Of a stretch of 30,149 nucleotides of DNA, positions 25,196 to 30,149 are shown one piece after another; within the stretch, counting starts at the first letter, position 1, and the number at the start of each line of letters is the position of its first letter. The stretch spans positions 1-30,149 of the forward strand of contig JAYUPU010000044.1 in NCBI GenBank assembly GCA_043759925.1, given 5' to 3'. A model generated the notes under the pieces. That model searched no databases and was not told where the DNA came from. It saw nothing but the letters and a program-made list of their open reading frames with translations. Position numbers and translations under genes: made by a program. This stretch comes from a bacterium. GTDB lineage: Bacteria; Patescibacteriota; Saccharimonadia; Saccharimonadales; SZUA-47.

Positions 25196-27979
25196 ATGAG
25201 CACACCCAAGAACAAAGATGCGTCACTAAATGTATTACAAAGAGTGGGGTTGTTTTTTCATGACCACCGCGAGACAACGATAGTATTTTGGCTTTCGATT
25301 GTTGTATTTGGCCTTCTTAGCTATACGACATTTATGCAACGCCAAGGCTTCCCAAATGTTGATGTACCTGTAAGTGTAGTCAGTGGCACATATTTTGTAA
25401 ATGATGCTGCACAAGTAGACAGTCAAATAGCAAAGCCACTAGCAAACGAACTTTTAAAGTTGCCTCAAGTTAAATCTGTCACTACTCAAGCTGGCGCGAA
25501 TTTTTATAGCACTGTAATTGGGTTTAATAGTGGTGTAAGTTCTGCTAACGGTAATGCATTAGTAGAATCTACTATTACTCAAAAACAATTATTGCCAAAA
25601 TCGGCTACATCGGCATTTAAGGCACTAGATGCTGGTCGCTTTGCAGAACAATCAGACATGTTAATTAGTATTAGCACTGATAATTTTACAGACGTGCAGA
25701 CCCTGCAGGCAGACGCCGCGCGTGTTGCAGGCCAATTTGCCGCTATTGACGGCGTTAAAAAGGCTGTTGTGCTAAAACAGGTAGAAACAGGTACCGATCC
25801 AGTAACAGGCATACCTAAACAACAAGTAACAAGCTTTGATAGCATAGCAATTCGCGATGGCAGTGGTGCAATTATATTTAGGCCATCTGTAATTGTTGGT
25901 GTTCAAGCGCAGGCATCTATGGATGCGTTAAAATTGCATGACGCCGTTACTAACAAAATTGATTTACTTAGCCAACAACAAGATTTTAGCAATCTACACT
26001 TAACAATATCTGCCGATTTTGCCGAAGGTATACGTGGTCAAATTAGCAGTCTGCAACAAAGTTTATTAGAAGGCTTAGTGGTGGTTATATTTGTAAGCTG
26101 CCTACTTATATCTGTACGTTCTGGTATTGTAACGGCGCTTAGTATGGTAACGGTAATACTAGCCACTATTGGCCTACTTTACGGTTTAGGTATCACGCTA
26201 AACACAATTACGCTATTTGCACTTATTTTAAGCCTGGGACTAATAGTCGATGACACAACTATTATGGTAGAGGCAATAGATGCGGGGCAATACGAATTTA
26301 AGTCGCGGCGACACATTGTAGCTATGGCAATTAAGCGCGTCGCTAGGGCTAGTTTTGCCGGCACAATAATAACAATGCTCGCTTTTGCGCCAATGCTATT
26401 TGTAAGCGGCATATTAGGTGAATTTATACGTGTATTACCAATAACTATTATTATTGCGCTAACGGTATCGCTGATTGTTTCACTAACATTAGTACCATTT
26501 TTGGCCCGCGTTATTGTTGATTCTAAAAGGCGACATAAGCAACAAGTTGTTGCTAGGTTACAAAAGCGAACATCAGATGCGCTTGCAAGACACGTTCTAG
26601 CAAGCAGCAAATCTACCAAAAAACGCTTAATCTACGGAGGCGGGTCACTGTTAGTGGCCCTAATACTAACGCTAGCAAGCTTCCCATTATTTTTGCAGCT
26701 AAAGTTTGATATATTCCCAAGCACTAAAGATAGCAACGCTTTAGCTGTGCGAATTGTATACCCAGATGCAACAACTCTTACGCAGGCACAAGACATTGCA
26801 AATAGTGCAAACTATATTATTGGTGACACACTTGGCAAAAATATGCAGCTGTTAACGTATCAAAATACTGGCAGCACAGTTGGTGCTACAGTAACAGTTA
26901 CTTTAGTGCCTTTTAAATCCCGCGATACAACATCTCAGCAAATGTTAGTGCAGCTATCAACAGCCTTCCAAGGTTTTGAGGGAGCAAAAATATCGCTGTC
27001 GCAGGTAGATGCAGGCCCCCCAAAAGACGATTACCCATTTGGAGTACAAATATTTGGCGACAATACTATTCAAACCTTGGCACTAGCTAAAGACATGCAA
27101 AGCTTTTTGCAAGATAATACCGTTATACGAGTTGACGGCAGTACTTCTAAAATTGTACGTTCCAATATTTCGCCTAGCAGTGTAGTAAAACGCATCGACG
27201 GTAAGCAATATGTACAGATAAGTGCTGGATTTTATGATAACGATGTATCTGCGCTGGTTGTAGCCGGTAAAAAGCTGGTAAATAATACATATACCGCCGA
27301 AAAACTTTCAACATTTGGTTTATCACAAAAAGATATTGCGTTTGATTTTGGGTCTGAGTCTAATAACCAAGATTCGTTTAAATCTATGCTGTATGCGTTC
27401 CCGATTTTGCTGCTCGCAATGTATATATTGCTTGTTTTGCAGTTTAGGTCATTTTTGCAGCCGCTACTTATTTTTAGCGCTATACCCTTTAGTTTCTTTG
27501 GTGTTGCGTTGGGCTTAAAAATTACTAATAATCCACTAAGCTTTTTTGTACTAGTTGGCTTTTTTGCCCTGATTGGTATTGCGGTCAACAATACTATACT
27601 GCTGACAGATTATGCCAACCAAGCCAAACAACAAGGAATGGGCAAATACGATGCAGTTGCGCTAGCCCTGCGTACCCGCTTTAGGCCTTTGGTAGCTACT
27701 AGTCTAACCAGTATTGTAGCCCTTATACCATTAGCTTTAACCGATCCTTTTTGGCAATCTTTGGCTGTAACCCTAATATTTGGCCTCTTATCTAGCACTT
27801 TGCTTGTTATTATAGCTTTCCCGTACTACTACTTAGTGGGCGAATGGATACGTGATTTAAGTAAACGCGGCTGGCACAGGCAGCTACCCAGGGGTGTACA
27901 AATTGTCTTTGATGTATTGACGGCGCCGATGCGTGTTGTAAGTTTTATTTTTTGGGCTATTTTCTCTTGGCGTAAGTAA
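25196..27979 (+). CDS. RND-superfamily efflux permease (AcrB-like)
   Basis: FPNVDVP, GLIVDDT, GIAVNNTILL, RFRPLVATSLT and two TM bundles. Alternative GTG start at 25172. Confidence 0.9.
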   Translation: MSTPKNKDASLNVLQRVGLFFHDHRETTIVFWLSIVVFGLLSYTTFMQRQGFPNVDVPVSVVSGTYFVNDAAQVDSQIAKPLANELLKLPQVKSVTTQAGANFYSTVIGFNSGVSSANGNALVESTITQKQLLPKSATSAFKALDAGRFAEQSDMLISISTDNFTDVQTLQADAARVAGQFAAIDGVKKAVVLKQVETGTDPVTGIPKQQVTSFDSIAIRDGSGAIIFRPSVIVGVQAQASMDALKLHDAVTNKIDLLSQQQDFSNLHLTISADFAEGIRGQISSLQQSLLEGLVVVIFVSCLLISVRSGIVTALSMVTVILATIGLLYGLGITLNTITLFALILSLGLIVDDTTIMVEAIDAGQYEFKSRRHIVAMAIKRVARASFAGTIITMLAFAPMLFVSGILGEFIRVLPITIIIALTVSLIVSLTLVPFLARVIVDSKRRHKQQVVARLQKRTSDALARHVLASSKSTKKRLIYGGGSLLVALILTLASFPLFLQLKFDIFPSTKDSNALAVRIVYPDATTLTQAQDIANSANYIIGDTLGKNMQLLTYQNTGSTVGATVTVTLVPFKSRDTTSQQMLVQLSTAFQGFEGAKISLSQVDAGPPKDDYPFGVQIFGDNTIQTLALAKDMQSFLQDNTVIRVDGSTSKIVRSNISPSSVVKRIDGKQYVQISAGFYDNDVSALVVAGKKLVNNTYTAEKLSTFGLSQKDIAFDFGSESNNQDSFKSMLYAFPILLLAMYILLVLQFRSFLQPLLIFSAIPFSFFGVALGLKITNNPLSFFVLVGFFALIGIAVNNTILLTDYANQAKQQGMGKYDAVALALRTRFRPLVATSLTSIVALIPLALTDPFWQSLAVTLIFGLLSSTLLVIIAFPYYYLVGEWIRDLSKRGWHRQLPRGVQIVFDVLTAPMRVVSFIFWAIFSWRK

Positions 27980-28031
27980 GGTCAGCGGGCTATACTAACA
28001 ACACCAATAAAGAGAGGGAAATAGTAGTCTT

Positions 28032-28577
28032 ATGGCAGAACGTACAGGTCAGCGTATAGCTGCTTTTGCTTTAGCAGGAGTTTTTTTTATAAGTTCGGTG
28101 GCATTAACAGGTTTTGTTATCTGGCAAATTCGCAAAGATAACCAAATAGCATTACCACAGAGTCAACCGGATCAAGCAGCTAATAAAAGTAATCAGGAGA
28201 CAAACAAATTGAAGGGCACACAACTAGCAAACTTTACACCAATTACCACGCAGGTAACCGAACTTCAAAAAATTGATCTAGTAGAAGGTACGGGTGCTGT
28301 AGCACAGGCCAGTGCCAACGTTACAGTCCACTATACGGGAGCACTTGTTGCAACAGGAGTTATATTTGAAAGCTCAAAAGACGGCGGAAGCCCCGCAACA
28401 TTCGGCCTAGCTGGTCTTATTAAGGGCTGGCAAGACGGTATCCCGGGCATGAAGGCTGGTGGAACCAGGCGCCTTGTTATTCCTTACGCACAAGCTTACG
28501 GCGAAGCAGGTAGCCCGCCTAGCATTCCTGCAAAATCTGACTTAGTATTCGATATTGAACTGATATCTGTTAATTAA
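28032..28577 (+). CDS. FKBP-type peptidyl-prolyl isomerase with N-terminal membrane anchor
   Basis: VHYTG, FESS, LIKGWQDG, MKAGG.R.L.IP..QAYG, IP.KSDLVFDIEL. Confidence 0.93.
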   Translation: MAERTGQRIAAFALAGVFFISSVALTGFVIWQIRKDNQIALPQSQPDQAANKSNQETNKLKGTQLANFTPITTQVTELQKIDLVEGTGAVAQASANVTVHYTGALVATGVIFESSKDGGSPATFGLAGLIKGWQDGIPGMKAGGTRRLVIPYAQAYGEAGSPPSIPAKSDLVFDIELISVN

Positions 28578-28601
28578 GTAAAATACACAACATATAGCGC
28601 A

Positions 28602-28630
28602 TTGAATTTAACATAAGCACTATATATACT
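28602..28630 (+). promoter_or_regulatory. sigma70-type promoter of the glutaredoxin-trxB pair
   Basis: TTGAAT (28602-28607), 17 nt, TATACT (28625-28630). Confidence 0.6.
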
Positions 28631-28672
28631 AATATCTAGAACAATAAAAAGTAAAAAGGACACTAAATAATC

Positions 28673-28924
28673 ATGGCACTAAAAAAAATAACAATCTTTA
28701 CTACTAACACATGTGCGTACTGTGTCATGGTTAAACGTTTTTTAGATAGCAAAGGTGCTAGCTACGATGTAGTAAATTTAGATGACAACCCAGAGCGCCA
28801 GGCGGAAGTTTTGGCTAAAAGTGGCGCGCTAACGGTACCTGTTACCATAGTGCAAAACGAAGACGACACCGAAAATGTTGTGATTGGCTATAACCTTTCA
28901 CGCCTAGCGCCGTTAATTGCATAA
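28673..28924 (+). CDS. glutaredoxin/NrdH-like redoxin
   Basis: IFTTNTCAYC (CxxC) and cis-Pro TVP motif. Confidence 0.9.
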   Translation: MALKKITIFTTNTCAYCVMVKRFLDSKGASYDVVNLDDNPERQAEVLAKSGALTVPVTIVQNEDDTENVVIGYNLSRLAPLIA

Positions 28925-28945
28925 ATTGCTTACCCGGAGATATAA

Positions 28946-29881
28946 ATGAGTGAAGATCAAACAGTACATGATGTGATTATGATTGGCGCGGGGCCTGCTG
29001 CACTTGCGGCAGCAGTTTACACCTCGCGTGAGGATATTCAGACAACTATTTTTGAAAAAGGTGTTATTGGCGGCTTAGCTGCTATTACAGATAAAGTTGA
29101 CAACTATCCTGGGTTCCCTGAAGGTATCGAGGGTTTACAACTTGCAGATAACTTACGGCTGCAGGCAGAGCGTTTTGGTGCCAAAATAGAACTTGGTGAA
29201 GTTAACTCTGTTAAAAAAGACGGCGATGTATTTAAACTTGATACAACTAGCGGCGAGATGACTGCAAAAACCGTACTAATAGCTACCGGTAGCGAATGGG
29301 TAAAACTAGGTATACCGGGCGAGACGGAATACTACGGGCGCGGCGTACACAACTGTGCAACGTGTGATGGCGCATTCTACCGCGATAAGCGTTTAGTTGT
29401 TGTTGGAAGTGGTAATTCGGCGGCCCAAGAAGCATTATTTTTGACTAGGTTTGCAAACCACATAGATATTCTGATTCGCGGCGACCACTGGAAGGCAAGT
29501 GATGTGCTTATACACGACGTTGAAGCAAACCAAAAACTGCATGTGCATTTTAATACCACCACAGAACAAATTGTCGGCGTAGACGGCCGTATAACAAAAG
29601 TGGTCGGCAAAGATAGCAAATCCGGCGAACTTAAAGACTTTATAACAGACGGTGTATTTGTGTTTGTGGGCCTAAAACCAGTAACCTACTTCTTAAAAGA
29701 CACTGGCGTAGAATTCGACGCCGGCGGTTTTATAAAAACTGATCTAAAGCTGCAAACCAAAGTGCCCGGCCTATTTGTAGCAGGTGATGTACGCAGCGGT
29801 GCAACAATGCAAATAGCCAGTGCAGTCGGCGAAGGTGCCACAGCGGCACTCAGCATCCGTGAATACATCGAGGCAAAATAA
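28946..29881 (+). CDS. trxB: thioredoxin-disulfide reductase
   Basis: GAGPAA, VDNYPGF, IATGS, CATCDG redox motif, GSGNSA and GLFVAGDVR. Confidence 0.94.
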   Translation: MSEDQTVHDVIMIGAGPAALAAAVYTSREDIQTTIFEKGVIGGLAAITDKVDNYPGFPEGIEGLQLADNLRLQAERFGAKIELGEVNSVKKDGDVFKLDTTSGEMTAKTVLIATGSEWVKLGIPGETEYYGRGVHNCATCDGAFYRDKRLVVVGSGNSAAQEALFLTRFANHIDILIRGDHWKASDVLIHDVEANQKLHVHFNTTTEQIVGVDGRITKVVGKDSKSGELKDFITDGVFVFVGLKPVTYFLKDTGVEFDAGGFIKTDLKLQTKVPGLFVAGDVRSGATMQIASAVGEGATAALSIREYIEAK

Positions 29882-29925
29882 CTTAATTTGTACTTTATAC
29901 CCTACCATTAAAGGTACAGTTTTAG

Positions 29926-30147
29926 TTACACATTGGTGTCTGTCGGGAAACTAGACCTGTATTTATCTGGATTGTTGGTACATAGCATAATGCTAGGGAA
30001 AATTTTCTGGGCCAACTTTATCCAAATTGTGTGGTCAACCGTGTATACCATAATCTGTTTTTTGTAATACTTGCACAAAAAGTATGGCAGTGGGCCTAGC
30101 CACCATTTATTTAAGCTAATACCACTAAAACCTCTGTCACGGGCGAG
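29926..30147 (-). CDS. C-terminal part of a glycerophosphodiester phosphodiesterase-like protein (runs off window edge; not in the ORF track)
   Basis: My translation of the minus frame 30147-29926 gives 73 open codons ending IMVYTVDH...IMLCTNNPDKY...NV*, resembling the GDPD C-terminal TV(N/D)...iTxxP pattern. Confidence 0.6.
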   Translation of the reverse strand, partial: LARDRGFSGISLNKWWLGPLPYFLCKYYKKQIMVYTVDHTIWIKLAQKIFPSIMLCTNNPDKYRSSFPTDTNV

Positions 30148-30149
30148 TT

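Noticed and set aside
1-30149. CRISPR array, transposase, integrase or prophage genes; TGA recoding
   Set aside because: No regularly spaced repeats or recombinase/phage motifs were seen. TGA terminates trmD, sodN and the response regulator at expected positions, and long ORFs are intact under code 11.

Overview
A compact, gene-dense chromosomal window using genetic code 11 (TGA acts as a stop). Gene content, tight packing and promoter style suggest a small-genome Patescibacteria/CPR organism, most like Saccharibacteria; this is inference, since there is no rRNA marker here. Housekeeping genes: trmD (partial), a YhiN/HI0933-family flavoprotein, rarA, rmuC, yajQ, pheS-pheT, an FKBP PPIase and glutaredoxin-trxB. 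Stress, metal and lipid genes: sodN-sodX nickel SOD, a di-iron acyl-ACP desaturase, a flippase-like protein, a PlsC-like acyltransferase, divergent Fur-family regulator and ZIP transporter, an OmpR/HisKA two-component pair with a secreted partner, a Y-family polymerase with a small upstream partner, a GH63-like hydrolase, DUF2207, ABC and RND transporters, and a partial GDPD-like gene at the right edge. There is one tRNA-Gln(CTG). Most notable observations: (1) two single-gene cassettes stacked at the tRNA-Gln 3' end, each bounded by a degenerate copy of a tRNA-Gln 3' end, with no integrase; (2) an in-frame insertion of about 133 aa in the B5 domain of PheT; (3) one palindromic TTGCAA placed as the -35 of both divergent fur and ZIP promoters, inside an operator-like inverted repeat; (4) a two-gene mutagenesis cassette with a structured leader and an SOS-box-like palindrome; (5) many apparently leaderless promoters. 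No CRISPR array, rRNA, transposase or integrase was seen. All family assignments come from motif recognition, not database searches.
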